Source: Gammaproteobacteria bacterium (GTDB lineage Bacteria; Pseudomonadota; Gammaproteobacteria; WOZS01). From it: 59,601 nucleotides of DNA. The position numbers were made by a program, and so were the translations under genes. Below are positions 38,670 through 48,984 of this stretch, piece by piece. The notes beneath the pieces were generated by a model, which saw nothing but the letters and a program-made list of their open reading frames with translations, was not told the DNA's origin and made no database searches. The stretch is taken from the NCBI GenBank assembly GCA_011620135.1, contig WOZS01000005.1:1-59601 (forward strand), given 5' to 3'. Every line of letters begins with the position of its first letter. The stretch's first letter is position 1.

Positions 38670-39969
38670 CCACGCGGATCAGCGCCGCCAGCCTGTCGTC
38701 ATCCCTCCATGGTGGCATGCACGCGTCCTGCGGGAACTGGCGCGATGCTTCGGCACACCGCTTTATGTCTACAGCCGCAGGCGCCTCATGGACAATGTCG
38801 TGCGGCTGCAAAGCGCTCTCCATGACCTGGATGCCAGCATCAACTATGCCGTGAAGGCCAATGGCAACCTCGCCATCATGCAGGTCATGGCGCAATGCGG
38901 CCTGGGTTTCGACGTTGGTTCCGCAGGCGAGCTCCATCGGGTGCACTGCCTGCAACGCCACATGGGTAGGCGAGCGCCGCTGGTCATGACCGGGCCTGCC
39001 AAGACCACCGCCACCATTGCTGCCGGGCTTGAGTCAGGGGCGCAGCTGGTGGCCGAATCGGTGAGCGAACTGCAGCGCATCCAGCAGGCGGCCGGCGCCC
39101 TGGGCATCACCGCCGCGGTGGGGGTGCGGGTCAATCCCGATCTCGAGGCCAGCACCCATCCCCACCTGGCCACGGCAGCTGGGGAGGGCAAGTTCGGCAT
39201 GCCATTGGCAGAGGTGCGCAGATTGGCCGCCACATGGAGCACCTGGCCGGCCCTGCGTCTGGTCGGCCTGCACTGCCATGTGGGGTCTGCGTTGTATCGC
39301 CTGGATGAGCTGGATGCCGCCCTGGGGCTTCTGGTGGCGCTGGCCGCCGAGCTGCGCGCGGCGGGCTGTGCGCTGCAGTGGCTGGATGTGGGGGGCGGCC
39401 TGCCCATCTCCTATGGAGAAGAGCCGGTACCCGATGTGCGCGCCTATGGTGATATGCTGCGCGCCCATCTCGGCGGCACGGGGCTTGCGCTCCATTGCCA
39501 GCCGGGCCGTTACCTGGTGGGGGATGCCGGTTTGCTGCTCAGCGCTGTGGTGGAGGTCAAGCAGGCCGGCAGGCGGCGCATCGTGCTGTGTGATGCCGGC
39601 ATGAACGATCTGTTGCGGCCTGCCCTGTATGGCGCCAGGCATCGCATCGCAGCACTTTCAGGCTCTGGAGAGCTGCGGTCAGCCGATGTGGCCGGGCCTG
39701 TGTGCGAGAGCGCCGATTTCCTGGCCCGGGATGTGCTGCTGCCCGAAAACGTGGGTGATCTGCTGGCGGTGCTGGATGCCGGGGCCTATGGCATGAGCAT
39801 GGCCTCCAACTACAACGGCAGGCCACGCCCGGCCGAGGTGATGACCTGGGATGGGCAGGCCATCGTGGTTCGCCAGCGCGAGACGCTGGATGATCTCCTG
39901 CGTGGCGAGGCGCTTCTGCCTGCCAATGGCCCGGAATCCCAAGACGTTCCCGGGTCCGCTGCCCCATGA
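38656..39969 (+). CDS. lysA: Diaminopimelate decarboxylase
   Basis: GTPLYVY, YAVKAN, HCHVGS, DVGGG, CESAD, GAYG..MASNYN. Start uncertain. Confidence 0.9.
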   Translation: MIHPDHADQRRQPVVIPPWWHARVLRELARCFGTPLYVYSRRRLMDNVVRLQSALHDLDASINYAVKANGNLAIMQVMAQCGLGFDVGSAGELHRVHCLQRHMGRRAPLVMTGPAKTTATIAAGLESGAQLVAESVSELQRIQQAAGALGITAAVGVRVNPDLEASTHPHLATAAGEGKFGMPLAEVRRLAATWSTWPALRLVGLHCHVGSALYRLDELDAALGLLVALAAELRAAGCALQWLDVGGGLPISYGEEPVPDVRAYGDMLRAHLGGTGLALHCQPGRYLVGDAGLLLSAVVEVKQAGRRRIVLCDAGMNDLLRPALYGARHRIAALSGSGELRSADVAGPVCESADFLARDVLLPENVGDLLAVLDAGAYGMSMASNYNGRPRPAEVMTWDGQAIVVRQRETLDDLLRGEALLPANGPESQDVPGSAAP

Positions 39970-42716
39970 GTGGACCGCGGCACCTGGCAGCCGATGTGGC
40001 CTTGGTGGATGGTTCCTCATACCTCTATCGCGCCTATCATGCCCTGCCGCCCCTCACCACGAGCAGGGGCATGCCCACAGGGGCCATCTATGGCGTGGTG
40101 AGCATGCTGCAGCGCCTGGACGAGACACTGCAGGCCGGGCGAGTGGCGGTGATCATGGACGCACCCGGGCCCACGTTCCGCGATGCCCTTTTCGAGAAAT
40201 ACAAGGCCCAGCGCACTGCCATGCCCGAGGCGCTGGTGCAGCAGCTCGGGCCTGTGAAGCAGGTGATCCGGGCGTTGGGCTATCCATTGCTGGAGGTGTC
40301 TGGCGTGGAGGCCGACGATGTGATCGCCACCCTGGCCACCCAGGCCCGCAGGCAGGGCAGCACGGTGGTGATCGTCTCTGGCGACAAGGACCTGGCCCAG
40401 CTGGTGGGCCCCGGCGTGCTGCTCTATGACACCATGACAGACCGCCTGCTGGACGAGGCTGGCGTGGCCAGCCACTATGGCGTTCCGCCGCAGTGGATCA
40501 CCGCATGGCTCGCCTTGAAGGGTGATGCATCGGACAATATCCCGGGCATTCCCGGGGTGGGAGAAAAGACGGCGGCCAAATGGCTCCAGGAATATGGCGG
40601 CCTGGATGGTCTGCTTGCGCATCGCGACGAGCTCAAGGGGCGCGGCGGACAGGCGTTGCGCGAGCATACCGCGGAGCTTGCGCGCTGGCTTGAGCTTGTG
40701 ACGCTGCAGCGGGATGTCCCCTTGCCCCTCGAGCTCGATGCCATGCAACGCAGCAGGCCGGACGAGGCCTTGCTGCGCCGCCTCTATAGCGATCTCGAGT
40801 TCACCAGTCTGCGCAGGAAGCTGCCGAGTGCCGGGCCATTACCCCTGGCCGATGCAGCCACGAGCCCGCAAGACCCGCCTGCGCCTCAGTCGCCAGTCAC
40901 GGGGCAGGGCCGGCACATCGTGCATACCCTGGACGATGTCAAGCACTGGTGTGCCCTGCTGCGGGAGGCTGGGTGTTTTGCTCTGGATACCGAGACGACC
41001 TCGCTTGCCATGCTGGATGCACGGCTCGTGGGGCTCTCCCTGGCCGTGGAGGTGCGGGGTACAGAGACACTGCGCGCCTGCTACATGCCGCTGGCCCATG
41101 AGGCTGGTGACAATGTGCCGCTGGATGAAACCCTGGCACTGCTCAAGCCCATTCTCGAGGATGGGGCCATAGCCAAGCTGGGCCAGAACCTCAAGTTCGA
41201 CATGCATGTATTGGCCAACCACGGCATCGCCCTGGCAGGTATAGCCCATGACACCATGCTGGAGAGCTATGTGCTGGGCAGCAGCGCCGGCCGTCACGAC
41301 CTGGACAGCATGGCCGCGCGGGAACTGGGCCATACCACCACCAGCTATGAATCGCTCACCGGCAAGGGGGCCAGCCAGCGGGGCTTTGCCCAGGTGGCCA
41401 TAGCCGCTGCCGCTTCCTATGCCCAGGAGGACGTGGAGCTGGTATGGCGGTTGCACCGGCGCCTGTGGCCCAGGCTGGCAAGTACGGGCCGCCTGGAGCA
41501 GGTCTATGAGGAGATCGAGATGCCCTTGGTGCCGGTCCTGTGCCGCATGGAACGGGTCGGCGTACTGGTGGACAAAGCACGCCTGAGGGAACAGGGCCAG
41601 GAATTGGCGGCCCGCATGGGGAATATCGAGGAGCTTGCCTTCCATGAAGCGGATTGCGTCTTCAACCTGAGCTCCACAGTCCAGCTCCAGGAGGTGCTCT
41701 TTGGGGCCGGCAGGTTGCCGGTGATCCGCAAGACGCCCAAGGGGGCGCCGTCCACCGCAGAAGACGTCCTGGAGGAGCTGGCCATCGACTATCGGCTGCC
41801 GCGGCTCATCCTGGAATACCGCTCGCTCGCCAAGCTCAAGACCACCTACATCGACAAGCTGCCCACCATGATCCATCCCCTGACCGGGCGCATCCATTCC
41901 TCGTTTCATCAGGCGGTGACGGCCACGGGCCGGCTGTCGTCCTCGGACCCCAATCTGCAGAACATCCCGGCGCGCACCGAGGAAGGCCGCAGGATTCGGG
42001 AGGCTTTCGTGGCACCTGCTGGTTGCGTGCTGCTGGACGCAGATTATTCTCAGATCGAGCTGCGCATCCTGGCCCATTATTCGGGCGACGCGGCCTTGCT
42101 GGAGGCCTTTGCCGCCGGGCGCGACATCCACAGCGCCACCGCGGCCACCCTGTTCCAGATTCCTGAATCCCAGGTGAGCCCGGCGCAGCGACGTACCGCC
42201 AAGACCATCAACTTTGGCCTCATCTATGGCATGTCGGCCTTTGGGCTGGCGCGCCAGCTGCGCATCGAGCGCGAGCTTGCCAAGCGGTATATGGATGAGT
42301 ATTTTGCCCATTATCCCAAGGTGGCAGTACTCATGGAGGACATCCGGGCGCAGGCCAGGAAACAAGGCTATGTGGAGACCATTTTCGGCAGGCGACTGGC
42401 CACCCCGGATATCGAGTCCCGGGACAATCGCACCAGACAATATGCCGAGCGCACCGCCATCAACGCCCCCATGCAGGGGAGTGCGGCTGATATCATCAAA
42501 AGAGCCATGATCAGCACCGAGGCCGCCCTTGCCGCCCAGGTTCTGCCGGCGCGACTCATCCTGCAGGTGCATGACGAACTGGTGTTCGAGGTTGAGGAGG
42601 AGGCTGTGGAGCGCCTGCGCCCCGTTGTGGTGTCCTGCATGGAACAGGCCGCAGAACTGGCGGTTCCCCTGGTGGTCAATGTGGGTGTGGGTCATACCTG
42701 GGGCGCGGCACACTGA
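39966..42716 (+). CDS. polA: DNA polymerase I
   Basis: VDGSSYLYRAYHA 5' nuclease, LDTET 3'-5' exonuclease, TGRLSSSDPNLQNIP, DYSQIELR, AKTINFGLIYG, QVHDELV. Confidence 0.98.
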   Translation: MSGPRHLAADVALVDGSSYLYRAYHALPPLTTSRGMPTGAIYGVVSMLQRLDETLQAGRVAVIMDAPGPTFRDALFEKYKAQRTAMPEALVQQLGPVKQVIRALGYPLLEVSGVEADDVIATLATQARRQGSTVVIVSGDKDLAQLVGPGVLLYDTMTDRLLDEAGVASHYGVPPQWITAWLALKGDASDNIPGIPGVGEKTAAKWLQEYGGLDGLLAHRDELKGRGGQALREHTAELARWLELVTLQRDVPLPLELDAMQRSRPDEALLRRLYSDLEFTSLRRKLPSAGPLPLADAATSPQDPPAPQSPVTGQGRHIVHTLDDVKHWCALLREAGCFALDTETTSLAMLDARLVGLSLAVEVRGTETLRACYMPLAHEAGDNVPLDETLALLKPILEDGAIAKLGQNLKFDMHVLANHGIALAGIAHDTMLESYVLGSSAGRHDLDSMAARELGHTTTSYESLTGKGASQRGFAQVAIAAAASYAQEDVELVWRLHRRLWPRLASTGRLEQVYEEIEMPLVPVLCRMERVGVLVDKARLREQGQELAARMGNIEELAFHEADCVFNLSSTVQLQEVLFGAGRLPVIRKTPKGAPSTAEDVLEELAIDYRLPRLILEYRSLAKLKTTYIDKLPTMIHPLTGRIHSSFHQAVTATGRLSSSDPNLQNIPARTEEGRRIREAFVAPAGCVLLDADYSQIELRILAHYSGDAALLEAFAAGRDIHSATAATLFQIPESQVSPAQRRTAKTINFGLIYGMSAFGLARQLRIERELAKRYMDEYFAHYPKVAVLMEDIRAQARKQGYVETIFGRRLATPDIESRDNRTRQYAERTAINAPMQGSAADIIKRAMISTEAALAAQVLPARLILQVHDELVFEVEEEAVERLRPVVVSCMEQAAELAVPLVVNVGVGHTWGAAH

Positions 42717-42730
42717 GTCAGTGGCCCATG

Positions 42731-42763
42731 TATTTATGATTATTTATGATATTTATGATATTT
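42731..42763 (+). repeat. AT-rich ~10-nt direct repeats upstream of the M16 protease
   Basis: TATTTATGAT TATTTATGAT ATTTATGAT ATTT. Confidence 0.75.
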
Positions 42764-42794
42764 TAGGCCAACCAATTTTTTTCCAGGAGACAGC

Positions 42795-45473
42795 GTGGGC
42801 TTACGTATTCCTTACACCAAAGAAACCCTACCCAATGGCTTGACCGTGCTGGTCAGCGAGGACCACAAGGCCCCCTTGGTGGCGGTGAGCGTGTGGTACC
42901 ACGTGGGTTCCAAGAATGAACGTCCGGGACGAACGGGCTTTGCCCACTTGTTCGAGCATCTGATGTTCGAAGGCAGTGCGCACTGCGACGATGAGTTCTT
43001 CAGGCTCCTGGAGCGCGCCGGGGCCACCCAGATGAATGGCACCACGGGACGGGACCGCACCAACTATTTTGCCACCGTACCCACAGAAGCGCTTGATCTG
43101 TTGTTATGGCTCGAGTCCGATCGCATGGCCCACCTGATCCTGGATCAGCCGCGCCTGGACGAGCAGCGGGGCGTGGTGCTCAACGAAAAGCGCCAGGGGA
43201 ACAACCAGCCTTATGGCCGCCTGGAGGAAATCCTGGCGCAGAACAGCTATCCCAAGGGGCACCCTTATTCCTGGACCGTGATCGGCGATGAGCATGATCT
43301 CAAGGCCGCCACTCTGGAGGATGTGCGCCTGTGGTTCCGGGATTACTATGGCGCCAGCAACGCCACCATCGTCCTGGTGGGTGCTGTGGCCACCCAGGAG
43401 GCCATGGAGAAGGTGCGCCACTACTTTGCTGCTGTGCCCCCAGGAGTGCCGCTGGCCAGGCAGCAGCGCTGGGTGGCCGGTATGACAGAAGAGCGTCGCG
43501 TGGTGCTGGAGGATGATGTGGCCCAGGACGCCCTGGTCATGGCCTGGAATGTGCCGCCGCTGGGCGATGCCTCTTTGGAAGGGTTGCGTCTTGCGGCACG
43601 CCTGCTGGGAGGTGGGCGTTCCTCCAGGCTCTACCAGCGCCTGGTGCTGCGTGATGAGCTGGTGACCGAGGTGGACGCCGCCGTGGAGGAGGGTGCCATT
43701 GGGTCACAGTTTGTGGTCTCGGCCTTTGCGCGCCCCGGGGTGCAGCTTGCCGCCGTGGAAGCGGCTGTCCAGGCCATCCTGGATGAGTTGGCTGCCGATG
43801 GCCCTGATGACGAGGAGCTGCAGCGTGCCCAGACCGTGCTGCGTACGGCAATGGTCAAGGTAGCCGAGCGTTTGGGCGGTTTTTCGGGCCGCACTGAGAT
43901 CCTGGCGGAAGGCCAGGTGCTCGTTGGCTCACCGGATTGGTATCGCAAGCAGATGAAATACTGGGCCAAGACCAGCTGCAAGAAGGTGCGTGAGGCCGTT
44001 CGCGATCATCTGGGGCAGGGCCGCCTGGTGGTGGAGGTGCATCGTTTCGGGACCCCGCAACCCGGGCCGGATCTGTCTGATCGCAGCACCCCGCCCCCAG
44101 CACCCCGGCCCCAGGCCATCCATCTGCCCAGTTTGCAGCGTACCGTGCTGGGCAATGGCCTGGAACTGGTCCTGGCGCAGCGCACCGGAAGCGATGTTGT
44201 GGCGGCCCGGTTGCTGGTGGAAGCAGGGGCAGCCAGTGATGGCGCCGCCAAGGCAGGTCTTGCGGCACTCACCAGCAGCATGCTCCTGGAAGGGACCGGT
44301 AAGCGCAGTGGCGTGGAGGTCGCCCAGGAAGCCGAGCTTCTGGGCGCCGCTCTGGGAGCCAGCGCCGGGCTGGATGTGGCCACCGTTCATCTCACAGCCC
44401 TGCTTGACAACCTGCCCCCTGCATTGACCCTGTTCGCCGATGTGGTGAGCAACCCAGCCTTTCGAGACAAGGCGCTTTCCCGGGTGCAGGCTGAATATAT
44501 GGCCGCCATCGCCCAAGAGAAGACAGACCCCGCCTCGCTGGCCATGCGCTTGTTGCCGCCGCTGCTGTATGGGCCTGGTCATCCCTATGCCGCCCCCTTT
44601 ACGGGATCGGGAAGCGAACAGACCATCGCCGCCATCACCCGGGATGACCTGCTGGCTGTACACCATGCTTATTATCGTCCCGACCGTTCCCGTTTGCTGG
44701 TGGTTGGCGATGTCGGTCTGGACGAGCTTGTGCATCTGGCAGAACAGAGCCTGGGCGAGTGGCGCGGCAGCGGTATGGCAGCACGGCTGCCCGAGGTGCC
44801 TGTGGTCCATGGTGCGGGGCGTTTCTTTTTCCTGGACCGCCCCCGTGCCGAACAGACGGTGATCATGGCCGCAGCGCTCGCGCCGCCGCTGGGTAGTGCG
44901 GCGGATTTTGCCATCATGGCCGCCAACATGGTCCTGGGGGGGCTTTTCACCTCCCGGCTCAACATGAACCTGCGCGAGGACAAATCCTGGACCTATGGGG
45001 TGCGCAGCATGCTGCCAGCGGCTCGTCTGGCAAGACCTTTTCTGATCGATGCCCCTGTGGAGGCAGCCGCCACCGCCCCTGCGCTGCAGGAAATCCTGCG
45101 GGAGCTGCGCGAGATCCTGGGCGAACGTCCCATCAGTGCTGCGGAGCTGGAACAGGCCAAGGATGCGCTGATCCGCAGATTGCCAGGATCCTTCGAGACC
45201 AACCGTGATGTGGCGCTGCACCTGGCCCATGTGCTGACCTACCAGTTGCCGGAGGACCACTACGATCGCATGATTCATGCCGTCTCGGCACTCACCGTAG
45301 ACGATGTTCAGCAGGCCTTGCCGCTGTTCGTGCAACCTGAGCAGATGGTGTGGGTGCTGGTGGGTGATCGCGCTCGGGTGGCGGCAGAGGTGTGCGCCCT
45401 GCAATGGGGGGACTGGGTGTTGCTGGATGTGGAAGGCAAGCCCGTAGCCGATCACCTCTGTCCCGGCTCCTGA
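42795..45473 (+). CDS. M16B zinc peptidase (PqqL-like, four-domain)
   Basis: GTG start after AGGAG; WYHVGSKNE..GRTGFAHLFEHLMF (HxxEH), NGTT..DRTNY, LREDKSWTYG. Confidence 0.92.
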   Translation: MGLRIPYTKETLPNGLTVLVSEDHKAPLVAVSVWYHVGSKNERPGRTGFAHLFEHLMFEGSAHCDDEFFRLLERAGATQMNGTTGRDRTNYFATVPTEALDLLLWLESDRMAHLILDQPRLDEQRGVVLNEKRQGNNQPYGRLEEILAQNSYPKGHPYSWTVIGDEHDLKAATLEDVRLWFRDYYGASNATIVLVGAVATQEAMEKVRHYFAAVPPGVPLARQQRWVAGMTEERRVVLEDDVAQDALVMAWNVPPLGDASLEGLRLAARLLGGGRSSRLYQRLVLRDELVTEVDAAVEEGAIGSQFVVSAFARPGVQLAAVEAAVQAILDELAADGPDDEELQRAQTVLRTAMVKVAERLGGFSGRTEILAEGQVLVGSPDWYRKQMKYWAKTSCKKVREAVRDHLGQGRLVVEVHRFGTPQPGPDLSDRSTPPPAPRPQAIHLPSLQRTVLGNGLELVLAQRTGSDVVAARLLVEAGAASDGAAKAGLAALTSSMLLEGTGKRSGVEVAQEAELLGAALGASAGLDVATVHLTALLDNLPPALTLFADVVSNPAFRDKALSRVQAEYMAAIAQEKTDPASLAMRLLPPLLYGPGHPYAAPFTGSGSEQTIAAITRDDLLAVHHAYYRPDRSRLLVVGDVGLDELVHLAEQSLGEWRGSGMAARLPEVPVVHGAGRFFFLDRPRAEQTVIMAAALAPPLGSAADFAIMAANMVLGGLFTSRLNMNLREDKSWTYGVRSMLPAARLARPFLIDAPVEAAATAPALQEILRELREILGERPISAAELEQAKDALIRRLPGSFETNRDVALHLAHVLTYQLPEDHYDRMIHAVSALTVDDVQQALPLFVQPEQMVWVLVGDRARVAAEVCALQWGDWVLLDVEGKPVADHLCPGS

Positions 45474-45506
45474 GGCGCAGCTGGGGTCCAGTCTGGTCCG
45501 GAGCGC

Positions 45507-46652
45507 CTAGGCTGGAGGGGGATTACTCTCCCTGGGGCGTCCCTGGTGACAGGTGCCCAGCACAGCTGGGCTGCTGGCGCCTGTGACCACAGGGACATTG
45601 CCGGGTTTTGCCTCCATGTGGAGTTGGGCGAGATAGGCGAAAGCCATGGGCTCGATCCAGTCTGGGTCGAGGCCCAGGTGGGCCGTGGAGGCCACCTGGG
45701 CGCCAAGGCTCTGTTGCCCCATGGCCTGGACGAGGCACTGCATCAAATGATCATTATGGACGCCGCCGCCGCAAATCAGCACCTGTCTGGTCCGGGGGGC
45801 ATGGCAGGCAATGGCCCGGGCCATGGTGGTGGCTGTCAGGGCCGTCAGCGTGGCCAGCAGGTCTGCTGCCCGCAGTCTGGAGGCGCCCTGATCCATAAAC
45901 CAGGACCAGGCAAAGGTTTCAGGGCCAGCTGTCTTGGGGGGCTGGGCTTGGAAATAGGCATGGCGCAGCCAACGGTCGAGCACGTCCTGGTTCACCGTGC
46001 CTGACCGCGCACAGCAACCTCCCTCATCCCGGTCCTGGCGCAGGCAGAGGCGCGCTGCTTGGTCCAGCAGGCAATTGCCGGGGCCGGTGTCGAAGCCGCC
46101 GCGGATTGCGCCGCCCACCTCCAGCAAGGTGAGGTTGGCGATGCCGCCGATGTTGACCACGGCGTGTTCCTGGTGTGGGGACGACAGGAAACGGCCATGA
46201 AAAATGGGCGTCAGCGGTGCCCCTTGCCCGCCCATGGCCATATCCGTACGCCGGAAATCAGCGATGGTGGCCAATCCGGTGCGAGCAGCGATGATGTGGG
46301 CATTGCCCAGCTGCACCGTGTGGGGCGGGTCATCGAGTGGTCGATGGCGAATGGTTTGTCCATGGCTGCCGATGGCCAGAATGGCCTCCTGGTCCAGGCC
46401 GGCTTGCTGGATGGCGGCCAGGGCGGCTGCGGAAAAATGCTCGCCAAGCCGCGCATCCAGCCAGATTACCTGCGACAAGGTCAGCTCACCACCGCAACCT
46501 GCATGCAGGATCAGTTGCTGCTCGGTAGCTGGCATGGCGTGGCAGACAGCGGCAAGCAGGGAGGGTGGTGAGGCGGCAAGGTCCACCAGTGCTGCATCGA
46601 TGCTGTCGGCGCTGGTTCCCGAATTGAGCCCCAAGTACAGCTGGCCGCTCAC
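45507..46652 (-). CDS. anmK: Anhydro-N-acetylmuramic acid kinase
   Basis: LGLNSGTSADSID, SHGQT, DFRRTD...GGQGAPL, NIGGIAN, FDTGPGN, CGGG..N. Confidence 0.96.
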   Translation of the reverse strand: MSGQLYLGLNSGTSADSIDAALVDLAASPPSLLAAVCHAMPATEQQLILHAGCGGELTLSQVIWLDARLGEHFSAAALAAIQQAGLDQEAILAIGSHGQTIRHRPLDDPPHTVQLGNAHIIAARTGLATIADFRRTDMAMGGQGAPLTPIFHGRFLSSPHQEHAVVNIGGIANLTLLEVGGAIRGGFDTGPGNCLLDQAARLCLRQDRDEGGCCARSGTVNQDVLDRWLRHAYFQAQPPKTAGPETFAWSWFMDQGASRLRAADLLATLTALTATTMARAIACHAPRTRQVLICGGGVHNDHLMQCLVQAMGQQSLGAQVASTAHLGLDPDWIEPMAFAYLAQLHMEAKPGNVPVVTGASSPAVLGTCHQGRPRESNPPPA

Positions 46653-48034
46653 CCTCTTTCTGTTTTGCTGCTGACGACGCGCTGCTCCCTGGCCAGTTTC
46701 TGCAGGACCTGCAGCTGGGTCAGCAGCGGTCTGGTCTGGGCCAGAAAGCGGGGCTTGAGGTTGGCGGCGATGGGCTGGGGTGGCGGCTGGGTGGCCTGCA
46801 GGGGGTCCACATAGCGCCCCTTGATGTGCAGTTCATAATGCAGGTGGGGGCCTGTGGCCAAGCCGCTCATGCCCACATAGCCGATCAGTTGCCCCTGGCT
46901 CACAGGCTGGCCGGCACGCAACCCCTGGGCCCAGCGGGAAAGATGTCCATACATGGTATCGTACCCGCTGCTGTGGCGGATGAGGATGGCCCTGCCATAA
47001 CCACCCTTCCAGCCCACCAAGATCACGCGGCCATCACCTGCGGCCCGCACTGGCGTTCCCAGTGGCGCGGCGTAGTCCACACCGCGATGGGCGCGTATCC
47101 TGTTGAGTATGGGGTGGCGGCGCGCATTGCTGAACAATGAGGAGATCCTGGTGAACTTGAGCGGTGTGCGCAGGAAGGTGCGCTTGAGGGAGTAGCCAGC
47201 GGGGGTGTAATAGCCCTGCTCCCCCCCAGGCGCAGTGAACAGCACCGCATCATAGGACTTGCCCCGGTTGGACACATGGGCAGCCAGGATGCGACCGTTG
47301 TCCACCTTCATGCCGTCGAGATAGATCTCTTCGTAGACCACACTGAAGCGATCGCCAGGATGCAGATCCCGGGCAAAGTCGATCTGCCAGGCAAAGACCT
47401 CGGCTAAGGCCATGATGATCTGATCATCGATGCCTGCCTGCTGGGCGGCGTCAAACAGGGAGCCCTCGATGACGCCGCTGCCATACATCAGCCGCCGTTC
47501 TGTGTGGTTGGTGACCATCCTGGCAGAGAATGTGCCGTTTTCCTGGCGTTGAAAGACGATGGATTGCGGGCTTTCGGCATTGAAGAGCAGCGTGCGGACG
47601 TGTCCGTTTCCCAGGGTTTCGAGCTCGATGACATCGTCGATGTGCAGCTGGGCGAGGCGGTTGCCCAAGGGCCTGGTATTCACCAGGGCATTGATGTCGG
47701 TGGGGTCGATGCCAGCTCGTGACAAAAGGACACCCAGGGTATCACCAGGACGGACCGTAAGGCGCACTGCGGCATCCTCGGGCAGCGCCTGCATGATGGC
47801 CTGCTGCCCAGCGGGGTCATCCAGTTCGGGCAGGGGCAAGACATAGGAGGCCAGGCGAGGCGTTGCGGCTGGCTGGACGGCCCGTTCCAGATCGATCTTG
47901 ACTGCGGCACGGTTTTCCACGCCGCGTATGGTGGCGAAAGCGAGCCCCGCTGTCAGCACGCCGGCTATGGCTGGCAGCCATCGCCACAGACCGCGTGATG
48001 CGGCACGATGGTTTTCCTTCAAGACGCCCTTCAT
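46649..48034 (-). CDS. M23 family murein DD-endopeptidase (MepM-like, LysM/OapA)
   Basis: N-terminal TM anchor, HRGVDYAA, YGHLS, TGPHLHYE; usual anmK neighbour. Confidence 0.92.
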   Translation of the reverse strand: MKGVLKENHRAASRGLWRWLPAIAGVLTAGLAFATIRGVENRAAVKIDLERAVQPAATPRLASYVLPLPELDDPAGQQAIMQALPEDAAVRLTVRPGDTLGVLLSRAGIDPTDINALVNTRPLGNRLAQLHIDDVIELETLGNGHVRTLLFNAESPQSIVFQRQENGTFSARMVTNHTERRLMYGSGVIEGSLFDAAQQAGIDDQIIMALAEVFAWQIDFARDLHPGDRFSVVYEEIYLDGMKVDNGRILAAHVSNRGKSYDAVLFTAPGGEQGYYTPAGYSLKRTFLRTPLKFTRISSLFSNARRHPILNRIRAHRGVDYAAPLGTPVRAAGDGRVILVGWKGGYGRAILIRHSSGYDTMYGHLSRWAQGLRAGQPVSQGQLIGYVGMSGLATGPHLHYELHIKGRYVDPLQATQPPPQPIAANLKPRFLAQTRPLLTQLQVLQKLAREQRVVSSKTERG

Positions 48035-48183
48035 TGGCCGAACCTCCTCATAACTGGTACACTTAAAAAAATGACTCGTATGCTCCGTTGTCTCGGCGCT
48101 TCAAGATTATGAGCCATGTGCTTGTGCTGTCAATTGCTTGAGCAGAACTGTCCTGAACGAACGGTTCCAGGTGGGAACGACCA

Positions 48184-48984
48184 ATGCAAACCTCTTGCCA
48201 GCTGCGCTGGATGACCTACAATGTCCGTCTGGATACGCCAGAAGATACACACGACCCCTGGACGCAGCGCCGGGACCGCATCGCCGCACTGCTGCGCTTT
48301 CATGAAGTGGATGTGGCGGGGCTGCAAGAGCCCCTGCGCCATCAGGTGGATGACCTCTGCGCCCGAATGCCTGGTTATGCCTGGGTGGGTGTGGGACGTG
48401 ACGACGGGGTCGATGGCGGCGAGTTCGCACCTGTGTTCTTTCGGCGTGAGGCGCTGGAGGTCATGTCCTGGCAAGTGGATTGGCTGGCGCCACAACCGGC
48501 GGCTCCGGGGCAGCAAGGTTGGGATGCAGGTGCTGTGCGCATTGCCACGTCAGTCCTGCTGTGTCATCGGCTGACGCGGCAGCGCATCCGTTATTACAAT
48601 ACCCACCTGGATCACCGTGATCCCCATTCGCGGCTGGAGGCCGCGCGCCTGCTCGCCTCGTGGGCCAGTTCCTGTGGGGAGCCTGTGGTGATGGGTGGGG
48701 ACTGGAACGACCTCATCGAGGCGCCTGGCCAGCAGTTCCTGGCTCAGCATCTCTATGATGCCCGCGCCATCAGCCTGATGCCTCCTTTCGGGCCGCAGGG
48801 CACCTTTCCCGGCTTTGCAGCAGGTGAAGAGGAAGGTCCGGCCATTGATCGGCTGTGGGTCTCCCCAGGGGTCATCGTGCAGCGCTTTGGCGTATTGAAT
48901 CAGCATGCCAGGGGCAGGCATTATGCCGATCACCTGCCGGTGATGGCGGATCTGGTTTTCAACAGGGGTGAGGAGGCCAACTGA
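48184..48984 (+). CDS. Endonuclease/exonuclease/phosphatase (EEP) family metallohydrolase
   Basis: MTYNVR, GLQE, GRDDG..GE, NTHLDH, GDWND, IDR, DHLPV. Confidence 0.88.
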   Translation: MQTSCQLRWMTYNVRLDTPEDTHDPWTQRRDRIAALLRFHEVDVAGLQEPLRHQVDDLCARMPGYAWVGVGRDDGVDGGEFAPVFFRREALEVMSWQVDWLAPQPAAPGQQGWDAGAVRIATSVLLCHRLTRQRIRYYNTHLDHRDPHSRLEAARLLASWASSCGEPVVMGGDWNDLIEAPGQQFLAQHLYDARAISLMPPFGPQGTFPGFAAGEEEGPAIDRLWVSPGVIVQRFGVLNQHARGRHYADHLPVMADLVFNRGEEAN

